Of a stretch of 64,000 nt of DNA, positions 37,414 through 47,111 are shown piece by piece. Position 1 is the first letter of the stretch; every line of letters starts with the position of its first letter. The notes below the pieces were generated by a model that worked only from the letters and a program-made list of their open reading frames with translations, was not told the origin of the DNA and did not search any database. The DNA comes from Phormidesmis sp. (GTDB lineage: Bacteria; Cyanobacteriota; Cyanobacteriia; Leptolyngbyales; Leptolyngbyaceae), in the NCBI GenBank assembly GCA_965248535.1, contig CBDFJR010000005.1:224001-288000 (forward strand). The letters are read 5' to 3'. The position numbers were made by a program, and so were the translations under genes.

Positions 37414-38250
37414 TCAGATTTTCTGGGCAACTTGAAACGCTGATAGGTAACTAACCTGAACACCTTCACCTAATTTCTCTAGCACTTCTCGCAGACTGAT
37501 GAACACAGCTTCTCGCTGAGAGGGGTCTAGCCTTCTATAGGGTGAGAAGGTGTTTAAGAGCATCAAATAATCAGCGATCGAGTAAGTCATTTCACAAAGC
37601 AACTGCTCAGACACGGCAGGCTCAAACAGTCCTGAGTCGGTGACATCCTGCGTCAGCCCTTGCAGCAGCCGCTCTTGAGTGGCTTGATCTTCTGGTTGTG
37701 AAACCAGAGACGGAGCCTGGGATCGATAAACTTCATTTAGCGCTTGATGAACCTCTAGGGGAAGTTGAGGCGACATGTTCCACAGCAAGATTAGAAAGCC
37801 ATTCTCTTTCAATGCGGCTGCTGCTTTTTGGCACCTAATTTCGGGCGGAACCCAGTGCCAGGCGTTGGCAGCTAAAACGGCGTTAAAGCGCTCAGGCTCT
37901 AGTGGCCACTCCTCAAACAAACTATTGACGATCGCCACCCTTGGATAGGCTGCACAATTTTGTCGCGCCCACTCACAAGCGGCGGCACTGGGTTCTAAAC
38001 ACACCATCGAGAAGCCCGATCGGGCAAAGGGAACCGTCGCAATTCCGGGGCCGCATCCCAATTCAAGAATGGTGGCGTTGGGAGGCAGTTGGGCGAGAGC
38101 GATCGCCCGGTCAATCAGACTCTGCGAATAGCGAGGTCTGACTTTGTTGTAGTCGTCTGCAACATCGCTATACCAATCCTTACGCTGATCTGAACTGTAG
38201 GTTGCAGCAACCTGGGTATACCAGTTTTTAGCTCGCTCTGAATCGTTCAT
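37414..38250 (-). CDS. Class I SAM-dependent methyltransferase
   Basis: YNKVRPRY, ILELGCGPG and AWHWV. ATG 38250 preferred because the longer ORF reads through a REP. Confidence 0.88.
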   Translation of the reverse strand: MNDSERAKNWYTQVAATYSSDQRKDWYSDVADDYNKVRPRYSQSLIDRAIALAQLPPNATILELGCGPGIATVPFARSGFSMVCLEPSAAACEWARQNCAAYPRVAIVNSLFEEWPLEPERFNAVLAANAWHWVPPEIRCQKAAAALKENGFLILLWNMSPQLPLEVHQALNEVYRSQAPSLVSQPEDQATQERLLQGLTQDVTDSGLFEPAVSEQLLCEMTYSIADYLMLLNTFSPYRRLDPSQREAVFISLREVLEKLGEGVQVSYLSAFQVAQKI

Positions 38251-38301
38251 GACTCGCCCCGAAAACCAATACCTACAAATCAACTTAAGACGCAGATCCA
38301 C

Positions 38302-38326
38302 GTACGGGCATGGCACTGCCGTGCCC
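38302..38326. repeat. REP-like palindrome
   Basis: GTAC-GGGCATGGCA-C-TGCCGTGCCC. Confidence 0.8.
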
Positions 38327-38371
38327 ACCAACCTTGCCAACAATCAACATTATCCAATCACAATCTTAAAC

Positions 38372-39364
38372 TTATTCTTCGACTCGATAGCCCAACTCAG
38401 CCAGACGAGTGCGAGACTGTCGCCACTTGGGTTGAACTTTCACAAATAATTCTAAATAAACCTTGCCATCGATCAGTTTTTGCATCTGCTGACGCGCCGC
38501 CGTGCCGATTTCTTGAAGCATCGATCCACCTTTGCCGATGACAATGCCCTTTTGAGACGGACGCTCGACAAACACCGTTGCCCAAACGCGAGTGATCGTG
38601 TCTTCTTCCTGCACTCGCTCAATGCCGATCGCCACCGAGTGCGGCACTTCTTCACGAGTCAACAGCAAAATTTGCTCTCGAATCAACTCGCCCATGATGA
38701 AGCGTTCTGGCTGGTCGGTTACCAAATCGGGCGGATAGTAGTAAGGGCCCGGCTCTAAGTTTTGAATCAAGCTCTGCTGCAAAGAGCCTAAACCGTCTTC
38801 TGTGAGGGCAGAAAATTTAGCGACTGTCCAGTGATGTTCGGTTGCCAGGGCGCGATAGCTGTTGTCTAAAAATAAATCGTCTTCAGATTGCTGATCGGCT
38901 TTGTTGAGTCCCAAAATAATTGGGATGTCAATCTCTTTGAGCAGGTCGGCAATGTAGCGATCGCCCCCACCCAACTCGACTGAGCAATCCACCATAAACA
39001 GCAGCACATCGACAGAGTGAATGGCAATTTGAGCATTTTTGACCAAGACATTGCCCAATTCATGATGGGGTTTGTGAATTCCGGGGGTGTCAACAAAAAT
39101 GATCTGCGCCTCTGGCGTGGTCAAAATTCCGCGGAGTCGATTGCGGGTGGTCTGTGCAACAGGTGACGTGATGGCGATCTTCTGCCCCACGAGGTCATTC
39201 ATCAGCGTAGACTTGCCCACGTTGGGACGACCGATAATGCCTACAAAGCCAGATCTAAACCCCGGCGGTGAACCCGGAATTGTGTTGAAACTTTCCTGCT
39301 TAGAGATTATGTCATCGTTTTCAGACATTGTTGAACCAACTAGGTTATTTTGGATACCGTTCAA
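38372..39364 (-). CDS. era: GTPase Era (start codon uncertain)
   Basis: GRPNVGKST, QTTR, DTPG, NKAD, EEVPHS and KH-domain IVIGKGG. Confidence 0.97.
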   Translation of the reverse strand: MNGIQNNLVGSTMSENDDIISKQESFNTIPGSPPGFRSGFVGIIGRPNVGKSTLMNDLVGQKIAITSPVAQTTRNRLRGILTTPEAQIIFVDTPGIHKPHHELGNVLVKNAQIAIHSVDVLLFMVDCSVELGGGDRYIADLLKEIDIPIILGLNKADQQSEDDLFLDNSYRALATEHHWTVAKFSALTEDGLGSLQQSLIQNLEPGPYYYPPDLVTDQPERFIMGELIREQILLLTREEVPHSVAIGIERVQEEDTITRVWATVFVERPSQKGIVIGKGGSMLQEIGTAARQQMQKLIDGKVYLELFVKVQPKWRQSRTRLAELGYRVEE

Positions 39365-39496
39365 AAAAATTGCCTCAGAAGTCGATAACGTCAGGCTGAA
39401 ACTATGTGAGCGGTGAACAGCGATGAAACTGCCAGTTGAGTGACAGCTTATTGTACAAAGATAGAGCGGTGTGTTGCGCTTCTACAGAAATCTCTT

Positions 39497-40171
39497 ATGA
39501 CTTTGATGTTGACCAATGACGATGGAATTGATGCTCCTGGCATTCGGGCATTGCTTAAGGCAGTGAACGGCGAAGGCGTGATTGTGGCACCTCGCGATCA
39601 TCAGTCGGGCTGTGGTCATCAGGTGACGACGACCAACCCGATTCGGTTAGAGCGGCGATCGCTGCGTGAATTCTCGATCGCGGGAACCCCCGCCGACTGT
39701 GTGCGAATTGCCCTAACTCATCTCTGTGAAAATGCCAGTTTGGTGCTCTCTGGCATCAATGCCGGGGGCAATATGGGCGCAGATGTCTACATTTCTGGAA
39801 CCGTGGCTGCTGTCAGAGAAGCTGCCTTTCATCGCATTCCGGGGGTGGCAATTTCTCAATATAAAAAAGGAAAGACCCCGATCGATTGGGATTTATCGGC
39901 GTTTTGGACGGCCAAAGTTTTGGCAGAATTGCGCGATCGACCTTATAAACCAGGGACTTTTTGGAATGTCAATTTGCCTTATTTAGACGAAGGAATGGCT
40001 CCTACGATCGTGTTCTGCAACCCTTGCACTCAGCCATTGCCCTGTGATTTTCGGCTTGAGGATCATGACTTTTACTACTGTGGCGACTATGCCAAACGCA
40101 AGCGCGACAATGGTTCAGACGTAGATGTTTGTCTGTCAGGCAGCATCGCGATTACAGAACTGACGGTTTAG
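39497..40171 (+). CDS. surE: 5'/3'-nucleotidase SurE
   Basis: LTNDDGIDAPGI, GTPADCV, SGINAGGN and SGTVAAVREA. Confidence 0.95.
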   Translation: MTLMLTNDDGIDAPGIRALLKAVNGEGVIVAPRDHQSGCGHQVTTTNPIRLERRSLREFSIAGTPADCVRIALTHLCENASLVLSGINAGGNMGADVYISGTVAAVREAAFHRIPGVAISQYKKGKTPIDWDLSAFWTAKVLAELRDRPYKPGTFWNVNLPYLDEGMAPTIVFCNPCTQPLPCDFRLEDHDFYYCGDYAKRKRDNGSDVDVCLSGSIAITELTV

Positions 40172-40204
40172 GATTCAAAAAACTCGGCGGTTTGCGCCAC
40201 CATA

Positions 40205-40292
40205 TAAGTCAGATGATGAATTCTTGGTTAAACCTCCGAGTTTTGCATTAAGTCAGATGATGAATTCTTGGTTAAACCTCCGAGTTTTGCGT
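40205..40292. repeat. 44-bp tandem duplication between convergent genes
   Basis: TAAGTCAGATGATGAATTCTTGGTTAAACCTCCGAGTTTTGC(A/G)T at 40205-40248 and 40249-40292, one mismatch. Confidence 0.92.
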
Positions 40293-40302
40293 AAATTTGG
40301 TC

Positions 40303-41295
40303 TCAATAGCCTTCTTCTTCGTATTCTGGCTGTTTGACTTTTTCAGGAATCTTCAGTTCTTGGGGCGTATAGGGTTCTTTGTTTTCGTCTTGCCAGGGAT
40401 CTTCTTCTGGGTCGTCAAATTTGGCTTCAGGTTCTTTTACCTCTTCAAACTCAGCCTCGGTGACATAATCGTCTTCATCGTCGTAGTCTTCGTCATAGTC
40501 TTCTTCTTCGTAGCGATCGCGCTCGGTGGCCGCGCTCCAGTTGTCGTCTTCTTCTTCCGTGTCGTAATAGAGTTCGGCTTGACGCAGCGGAGCCTCTTGA
40601 CGCAACGGCAACGGTTCGGGTTCGCCCCAGTTGTCTTCGTTCCAGGTTTCCTCAACGGGTTGCCGCACCTGAGTTTGCATCGGAGTCCGAACGCCGGAGG
40701 GCAACTGATTTTCCGTGCGAATGGGAGCGAGATAGGTCTCTGTCTCGTCGCGCTCCCAGGGCGGTTTGCCAATACCTAACCGTTCTAGGATGCCAACGCT
40801 GACCTGGCTCATCCGCTCTTCGGCTCCTTCGTAGACGATTAAGCGATCGGGCCCACTGCTGACAATTTCATCGATCGGAAGCTCATAGGTGCTGACAATC
40901 TGATCGGGGATCAGGGGTAGCCCGATCGAGGCAACGGTCAGCGTGTCTACTTTGCCACTGTCAATATTGAGCCGAAACCCCCGGACTTTGCCCAGCAGTT
41001 CGCCCGTCTCAGTGATCACTTCAGAATTAATCAGACTGCTGTAACCATCCAGATCTACGTCTTCAATGGCGTTTTCATCATCGACCAAAATCACGTCGCC
41101 AATTTGCCGAATGCTCGACAGCATCATCGGTTGCGGGGTGCCATAGAAGAGATTGGGGCGAATGCTCAGGGCGACGACTTCTTGGCGATCGACCTCCACC
41201 CACAGTTGGCTCACCACGCCCAATCGTTTGCCTGTGGTGCGAGTGATGACCTGTGTGCCCAGGAGATCGGAGCGTTGGCGAAATTCTTCTGTCAT
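40303..41295 (-). CDS. PRC-barrel domain protein with acidic C-terminal tail
   Basis: Two PRC barrels (LLGTQVITRTTGKRLG; LINSEVITETGELLGKV) and a D/E-rich tail; follows smc. Confidence 0.88.
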   Translation of the reverse strand: MTEEFRQRSDLLGTQVITRTTGKRLGVVSQLWVEVDRQEVVALSIRPNLFYGTPQPMMLSSIRQIGDVILVDDENAIEDVDLDGYSSLINSEVITETGELLGKVRGFRLNIDSGKVDTLTVASIGLPLIPDQIVSTYELPIDEIVSSGPDRLIVYEGAEERMSQVSVGILERLGIGKPPWERDETETYLAPIRTENQLPSGVRTPMQTQVRQPVEETWNEDNWGEPEPLPLRQEAPLRQAELYYDTEEEDDNWSAATERDRYEEEDYDEDYDDEDDYVTEAEFEEVKEPEAKFDDPEEDPWQDENKEPYTPQELKIPEKVKQPEYEEEGY

Positions 41296-41337
41296 TGGGT
41301 CCCGAATCCTATTCGTGCAAATGCTGTCAATATCAAA

Positions 41338-44300
41338 TCATACAGAGGCACTTTGGGGCAGCTTTATCCCCAGAACTTGGGTATATGCACCTCGTGCCTG
41401 GGTTACGCCGATCGTTCGTTCAGCAGATTCAATCATCGGACGACGCAGGCTGACCACAATAAATTGTGCTTGTTGGGCCTGCTGTTTGATCATTCTAGCT
41501 AATCGCTCTACGTTTGCCCCGTCAAGAAACATATCAACCTCGTCAAACGCATAAAACGGCGAGGGGCGATAGCGCTGAAGGGCAAAAATGAAGCTGAGAG
41601 CCGTTAGTGATTTTTCGCCGCCAGACATCGAAGCCAATCGCTGAATGGGCTTGCCTTTGGGGTGGGCCACCAAGTTTAAGCCCCCATTAAACGGGTCTTG
41701 GGCATCTTCGAGTTGCAAATGCCCATCGCCATCAGAAAGGGTGGCAAAAATTGCCTGAAAGTTGATGTCTACTGCGTCGTAGGCTTCTTTGAAAGCCCGT
41801 TGCCGCAGGGTTGTGAAGTTTTCGATGCGCAGTAATAACTCGGTGCGCTCTTCTTGCAGCGTTTCGAGTTTTTCGGTGAGTTCTTCGAGGCGGGCTTGGG
41901 TGCGATCATACTCCTCTAGCGCCAGCATATTCACAGGTTCCATTGCCTGAAGGCGTTTTTGCAGCGATCGTAGCTCGTGCTGAAGTTGAGCTAAATCGGG
42001 TGCCGGGTCAGGAATCTCTGGCAGTGGGTCAGGCAGGTCGGCTCGTTGGGCGGCGAGTTGCTCATGCAGGGCGGCGACCTCGGTGCGGCGGGCCACCTGA
42101 GTTTCTTGGACTTTGCCGCGCTGCCAGTCAAGCTGCTGCTGGCGAGTTTGCAGGTCGCGCAGTTGGCGATCGACGCGATCGCGCTGCTGGCGCTCTGATC
42201 CCAGAGTTTTCTCTAAGGTGGCTAGGGCGGTTTTGAGTTCCGTAATGTGTTGGCTGACTTCGAGTTGCTGGGCGCTGAGGGTAGATTGCTGCTGTAGCTG
42301 CCCGGTTTGCTGGGTGCGGTGTTCTTGAAGTCGGGCTTGCCCTTGCTGGATTTTTTCTTGAAGTCTCTGCCGCTGGTTGTCTAATTGCAGCAGGCGCTGT
42401 TCGACGGTGCGAAGGGCTAATTCTTTTTGGCTGAGGTCAGATTCTAGCGATCGGATGCGTAATTGAATTTGCTGCCACTCGCTGTGGGTTTGCGATTGCT
42501 CTAAATCTGCCAGGGTTTGCCGGAGGTGATCTAGCTGGGTTTCGTGAGCCGGAATCTTAGTCTCTAAAGTTTGTAACCGAGTCTGAGCCGTCGTCAGTTC
42601 TTGAGTGCTGGTTTGGAGTTGCTGACTGACTTGGGACAGTTGCGTGGTGAGACGCTGAGTTTCTGTTTTAGTCTGCTCAGACTTAAGCTGAAACTCTCGA
42701 TGCTGCTGACGCGCTTCGGTGAGGTGCTGCATCGCTTTTTGGTGGGCGATCGTGGCTTTCACCAGCGTCTCTTCACACCTAAACAGGATCGTGTCGATCA
42801 CTTTGAGGCGTTCTCTTAAGGTCGTGATCTCGGCTGACTCGCCTGCCTCCACGGTGCCAAACCGGATGGAAGAGCGACCACCAGAACTGCCGCCCGTCAT
42901 GGCTCCGCTGGGTTCGAGTAGCTCTCCGTCAAGGGTCACCATGCGATATTGCCCGATATAGCGTCGAGCGTCGCCCATGGCTTGAAAGACAACTGTGCTG
43001 CCAAACACATAGGAAAACACTTCCCAATAGCGATCGTCGCACTCAATTAGATTAATCGCAAAGTCAACGCAGCCGCCCATCGATCGCAAGGTGCTGGCAG
43101 AAGGGGGCTTTCCGGCCCTGATTTTGTTGAGCGGCAAAAAAGTGGCTCGTCCGGCGCGCTTTTGTTTGAGAATCTCGATCGCCGCAGCCGCGATCGCGTC
43201 ATCATCCACCACTAATTGTCCCAACCGTCCGCCTGCCGCCGTTTCTAGGGCGACCTGATAGCGCGGCTCGACCCGTCCGAGTTGGGCGACGAGGCCATGG
43301 ACTCCCGACAAACCCATTTTGAGAATCACCTGCGTGGCGTGAGTGCCTTGCGCCTCTTGGATAGCCTGGGATTGGGCTTCTAATTTGTCTAAGGTGCGCT
43401 GTTTGTCGCGCTGCTCATTGAGAAGGCGCGTCTGGGTCTCTTTCTGAATTTGGGCTTCTTGCTCGGCCGCCGACACCGCTTGTGCCAATGCCTGAATTTG
43501 AGTGGTGAACTGCTCTAGAGCGGTAGCAAGTTGAGTCTGTTCGGCTTGTTTTTCGGCGAGTTGTTGCTGGAGGGTTTGCTGCGATCGTGTCTGTTCTTGA
43601 ATCTGTCGCTCAAGCTGGCTGGTGCGTTCTTGCAGTTGCGCTTGCTCGGTGCGGTGCGGTTCTAGACGAGTCAGCAGCGTGTCGATTTGGTGCCGCAAGT
43701 CTGTTTGTTCTTGCACCCAAGCCTCGGCGCTGGCGGCAGAAGTCGTGGCGGCTTCGCGGTTCACCTCTAGGATTTGTTTTGCGTCGTCTCGCTGTTGACG
43801 CAGGGCGGCGAGATCTTGTGTCTCGGCGGTCTGCTGTTCTTGAGTCAGAGAGTCTAGAGTTTGGGTTTGTTCGTGGATCTCTTGCTGCGATCGGGCTAAG
43901 TTCTCCGCTAAAGTCCGGCTGGAGTTGGTTAAATCTTGCTCTTGGCGCTGAAGCTGCCGCAACTCTGCCTCGCGAGTGGCTAGGGTCGATTGCAGGGCAA
44001 TTTGCTCTTCTTCGCCTAGCGATCGAACGTGGGCATTGAGCTTTTCTAGCTCGGCAGAAGTTTTCTCAATTTCGGCGACGATCGCGGCAATCTGAGTTGT
44101 CAAGTCAACGATTTCTGTCTCGCCCGTCCGAATCTGCGCCTGCAACTGCTCGGCGCTTCGGGCTGCCTGCCGATAGCGAATCACGACTTCCCACTGCTCT
44201 TTGGCTTGCAGTTCGCCGCGCAGTTTTTGATATTTTTCAGCTTTGATGCGATCTTGAGCGAGGCGATCGCGCTGGTCAATTAATTCTTTTTCGACGATGT

Positions 44301-44985
44301 GATATTTATCTTCACGCTCTTTGACAGCATCTAGCTTGTCTTTGGCTTGGTTGATCTTACGATCGAAGGATGCCACCCCCGCTAATTCATCAATGATTTC
44401 TCGCCGCTCACGGGCGTTCATGGAAATGATTCGCGTCACGTCGCCTTGCAGCACAACGTTATAGCCTTCTGGATAGATGCGTAGACGATTTAGCTGCTCG
44501 TGTAACTCAGTCAGGGTGCAGGGTTCACCATTAATAAAATAATTAGAGGTGTAAGTACCTTGCTGTGTGACGCGCAGTTTTCGAGTCACACTCCATTCTG
44601 CGTTGGGCAGTTCACTCGCACCGTTGCCATTTTCATTCCCGTTCCCATTGCTGCTATTGGTAGGAGCCAGTTCTGCTTCGTCGTCAGGCTTGCCCAAAGT
44701 GTTAAATAAATCAAGCTCATCTGACAGGTCAAAGGTGGCGGTGACGGCGGCTTCGACGGTCGATCGTCCGCGAGTGCTTTGAGTGTGGTTAACCAGATCA
44801 GGCAACCGTTCTGCCCGCATTCCTTTAGAGCCTGCTAGACCCAGACAAAACAGCAGTGCGTCGAGCAGATTTGATTTGCCAGAGCCATTGGGGCCCGAAA
44901 TCACCGTAAACCCTGGCAGCAACGGGATCGGCGTTGTGCCACCAAAGGATTTGAAGTTAGTCAGTTCGACGCGCTTGACATACAC
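41338..44985 (-). CDS. smc: Chromosome segregation protein SMC
   Basis: NFKSF, Walker A GPNGSGKSN, hinge GRATFLPL/GAMTGG, signature MSGGEK and Walker B FDEVD. Confidence 0.98.
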   Translation of the reverse strand: MYVKRVELTNFKSFGGTTPIPLLPGFTVISGPNGSGKSNLLDALLFCLGLAGSKGMRAERLPDLVNHTQSTRGRSTVEAAVTATFDLSDELDLFNTLGKPDDEAELAPTNSSNGNGNENGNGASELPNAEWSVTRKLRVTQQGTYTSNYFINGEPCTLTELHEQLNRLRIYPEGYNVVLQGDVTRIISMNARERREIIDELAGVASFDRKINQAKDKLDAVKEREDKYHIVEKELIDQRDRLAQDRIKAEKYQKLRGELQAKEQWEVVIRYRQAARSAEQLQAQIRTGETEIVDLTTQIAAIVAEIEKTSAELEKLNAHVRSLGEEEQIALQSTLATREAELRQLQRQEQDLTNSSRTLAENLARSQQEIHEQTQTLDSLTQEQQTAETQDLAALRQQRDDAKQILEVNREAATTSAASAEAWVQEQTDLRHQIDTLLTRLEPHRTEQAQLQERTSQLERQIQEQTRSQQTLQQQLAEKQAEQTQLATALEQFTTQIQALAQAVSAAEQEAQIQKETQTRLLNEQRDKQRTLDKLEAQSQAIQEAQGTHATQVILKMGLSGVHGLVAQLGRVEPRYQVALETAAGGRLGQLVVDDDAIAAAAIEILKQKRAGRATFLPLNKIRAGKPPSASTLRSMGGCVDFAINLIECDDRYWEVFSYVFGSTVVFQAMGDARRYIGQYRMVTLDGELLEPSGAMTGGSSGGRSSIRFGTVEAGESAEITTLRERLKVIDTILFRCEETLVKATIAHQKAMQHLTEARQQHREFQLKSEQTKTETQRLTTQLSQVSQQLQTSTQELTTAQTRLQTLETKIPAHETQLDHLRQTLADLEQSQTHSEWQQIQLRIRSLESDLSQKELALRTVEQRLLQLDNQRQRLQEKIQQGQARLQEHRTQQTGQLQQQSTLSAQQLEVSQHITELKTALATLEKTLGSERQQRDRVDRQLRDLQTRQQQLDWQRGKVQETQVARRTEVAALHEQLAAQRADLPDPLPEIPDPAPDLAQLQHELRSLQKRLQAMEPVNMLALEEYDRTQARLEELTEKLETLQEERTELLLRIENFTTLRQRAFKEAYDAVDINFQAIFATLSDGDGHLQLEDAQDPFNGGLNLVAHPKGKPIQRLASMSGGEKSLTALSFIFALQRYRPSPFYAFDEVDMFLDGANVERLARMIKQQAQQAQFIVVSLRRPMIESAERTIGVTQARGAYTQVLGIKLPQSASV

Positions 44986-45174
44986 AGGCTGTTCTGACCG
45001 AAAAATGAGTGTTTAGTGTAGCTCAACTAGAGCTTTCTGGATGGAAATGAGGAAGTTTCCTATAGTGATAGCATAGTCAGAACAAGCGTTCTATAAACTT
45101 TTGGGTTTTTAGATGATTTTGAGCAATTGTATAGGCAAAATTCGATCTGAAAAGATTATGCGGGCACAGCGAAC

Positions 45175-45390
45175 TCAGAAAGCGGCAGGGTTGCCAGAAA
45201 ACATGAAGAGCAGTGCAAACCCTACGATCGCCAGCCCGATCGAAAACCCCAACAGCTTGAATCGATTTTGCCAATCCTTAGATCGGTCAGGAACCAGCCA
45301 GAGAAGTAGACATCCGATCGTCATCAGACTTCCCAAGATTGCCGCCGTTCCGCCTACCCACGCAATCACGAACCAGAGAAATAAACTCAT
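45175..45390 (-). CDS. Small membrane protein with two TM helices
   Basis: 71 aa with two hydrophobic segments separated by a charged loop; downstream of cp12. Confidence 0.55.
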   Translation of the reverse strand: MSLFLWFVIAWVGGTAAILGSLMTIGCLLLWLVPDRSKDWQNRFKLLGFSIGLAIVGFALLFMFSGNPAAF

Positions 45391-45456
45391 TCAAGTCAGC
45401 GATCGCCACTCTAGATGAATCGAAGCGCTAGCGATCGCTGACTCATTATCCGTCAA

Positions 45457-45690
45457 CTACACATCATAAATGCGACACTCAGCCGCATCGGGGCGATCAG
45501 AACAGTAGCGATCGAGGCTCGATCGAGAATCGGTTTGAGGATCAGAACTCTCTAATTGAATGGACTCCACCGCATTCAACGCATCAATACATTCACTCGA
45601 TGCGGCTCCGGTAGTTGCACACGCCGTCTGCGCCTGTTGCTTTAATTCTTGAATTTGAGTGTCACGATCGGGACGGGTTTCTAAAGTCAT
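45457..45690 (-). CDS. cp12: CP12-family Calvin-cycle regulator, atypical core
   Basis: C-terminal YCSDRPDAAECRIYD and N-terminal AC...SSEC pair; ALNAVESI in place of AWD-VEEL. Confidence 0.85.
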   Translation of the reverse strand: MTLETRPDRDTQIQELKQQAQTACATTGAASSECIDALNAVESIQLESSDPQTDSRSSLDRYCSDRPDAAECRIYDV

Positions 45691-45941
45691 CTTATGTTCC
45701 TGGTTTATAGGGTTGAACCATTAAGTCAATTTGAATCGGATTTTGAAATCCTTAGCCTCACCCTAATCTTCTGTTCCACGATCGGGGTTCCTCCTCAGAC
45801 AGATCTCCTCTCATCCTTCAGTTAATTCATCGCAAAACTTAACACAGTCGTAAATAAGAAGGCATAACCCCCTTTTGGTAGACTTGTAAACTGAGAGCGC
45901 TTTTGAAGTGGCGCAAAATCAGCAGTTGGAGGACTTACTTC

Positions 45942-46979
45942 GTGGAAAACACGCTGGGTTTAGAGATTATTGAAGTGGTTGAGCAGGCTGCGATCGCCTC
46001 CGCTCGCTGGATGGGAAAAGGCGATAAAAATATGGCTGACCACGTAGCTGTTGAGGCTATGCGGGAGCGGATGAATAAAATCCATATGCGGGGTCGCATC
46101 GTCATTGGAGAAGGAGAGCGTGACGACGCGCCGATGCTCTATATCGGTGAAGAAGTTGGGGTCTGCACCCAACCCGATGCCAAAAACTTTTGCAACCCCG
46201 ATGAGTTAGTCGAGATTGACATCGCCGTTGACCCCTGCGAAGGCACCAACCTTTGCGCCTATGGGCAACCCGGCTCAATGGCAGTGCTAGCCATCTCCGA
46301 AAAAGGTGGATTGTTTGCAGCCCCCGACTTCTATATGAAGAAAATCGCGGCTCCTCCGGCTGCTAAAGGCAAAGTAGACATCAACAAGTCTGCGACTGAA
46401 AACCTGAAGATTTTGTCTGAGTGTTTAGATCGAGCGATCGAAGAACTCGTGATCGTCGTCATGAAGCGCGAACGCCACAGCGGGCTGATCGCCGAAATCC
46501 GTGAAGCAGGTGCCAGAGTGCAGCTAATCAGCGATGGTGACGTGGGCGCTGCCATCTCCTGCGGCTTTGCAGGCACCAACATTCACGCGCTGATGGGCAT
46601 CGGTGCGGCCCCTGAAGGGGTGATTTCTGCCGCCGCAATGCGGGCAATGGGCGGGCACTTCCAAGGGCAATTGATCTATGATCCAGAAGTGGTCAAAACC
46701 GGGCTGATTGGCGAAAGCAAAGAAGCCAACATCGATCGCCTCAAGAGCATGGGCATCACCGACCCTGATAAAGTCTATGATGCGACCGAACTTGCATCGG
46801 GTGACACCGTGCTGTTTGCAGGTTGTGGCATTACTCCAGGCAACCTGATGCAGGGTGTGCGCTTCTTTAAAGGCGGCGCAAGAACCCAGTCGTTGGTCAT
46901 CTCCAACAAATCTCAGACGGCCCGATTTGTGGACACCGTTCACATGAACGGGCAGCCCAAAGTGGTGCAACTGCACTAA
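45942..46979 (+). CDS. glpX: Class II fructose-1,6-/sedoheptulose-1,7-bisphosphatase
   Basis: GTG start after [37 protein letters not shown] and GAAPEGV. Confidence 0.96.
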   Translation: MENTLGLEIIEVVEQAAIASARWMGKGDKNMADHVAVEAMRERMNKIHMRGRIVIGEGERDDAPMLYIGEEVGVCTQPDAKNFCNPDELVEIDIAVDPCEGTNLCAYGQPGSMAVLAISEKGGLFAAPDFYMKKIAAPPAAKGKVDINKSATENLKILSECLDRAIEELVIVVMKRERHSGLIAEIREAGARVQLISDGDVGAAISCGFAGTNIHALMGIGAAPEGVISAAAMRAMGGHFQGQLIYDPEVVKTGLIGESKEANIDRLKSMGITDPDKVYDATELASGDTVLFAGCGITPGNLMQGVRFFKGGARTQSLVISNKSQTARFVDTVHMNGQPKVVQLH

Positions 46980-46996
46980 TCGCTAGAGCGATCGTC

Positions 46997-47036
46997 AATA
47001 GGGAATAGCCCAACACCTCGTGGACTGTTCCCTATT
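46997..47036 (+). terminator. Stem-loop after glpX (terminator or mRNA stabiliser)
   Basis: AATAGGGAATAGCCCA...TGGACTGTTCCCTATT imperfect long stem. Confidence 0.6.
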
Positions 47037-47111
47037 AATGCCTAACTAGGCTCAACCCGTTAATTTTCAAATTCATTGTGTTCAGCTTCATAGTTTTAGA
47101 GTGAATTTAAA

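Noticed and set aside
38251..38343. N-terminal extension of the SAM methyltransferase (MLARLVGTAVPCPY...)
   Set aside because: It is a translation of the REP palindrome; the same GTAVPCPY peptide appears in the spurious ORF 35025..35276.
40205..40292. Possible mini CRISPR array
   Set aside because: The two units are directly adjacent with no spacer, and there are no cas genes or leader; it is a simple tandem duplication.
40297..40779. 160-aa Phe/Val-rich plus-strand ORF that looks like a membrane protein
   Set aside because: Antisense artefact of the GAA/GAC-rich acidic tail of the PRC-barrel gene.
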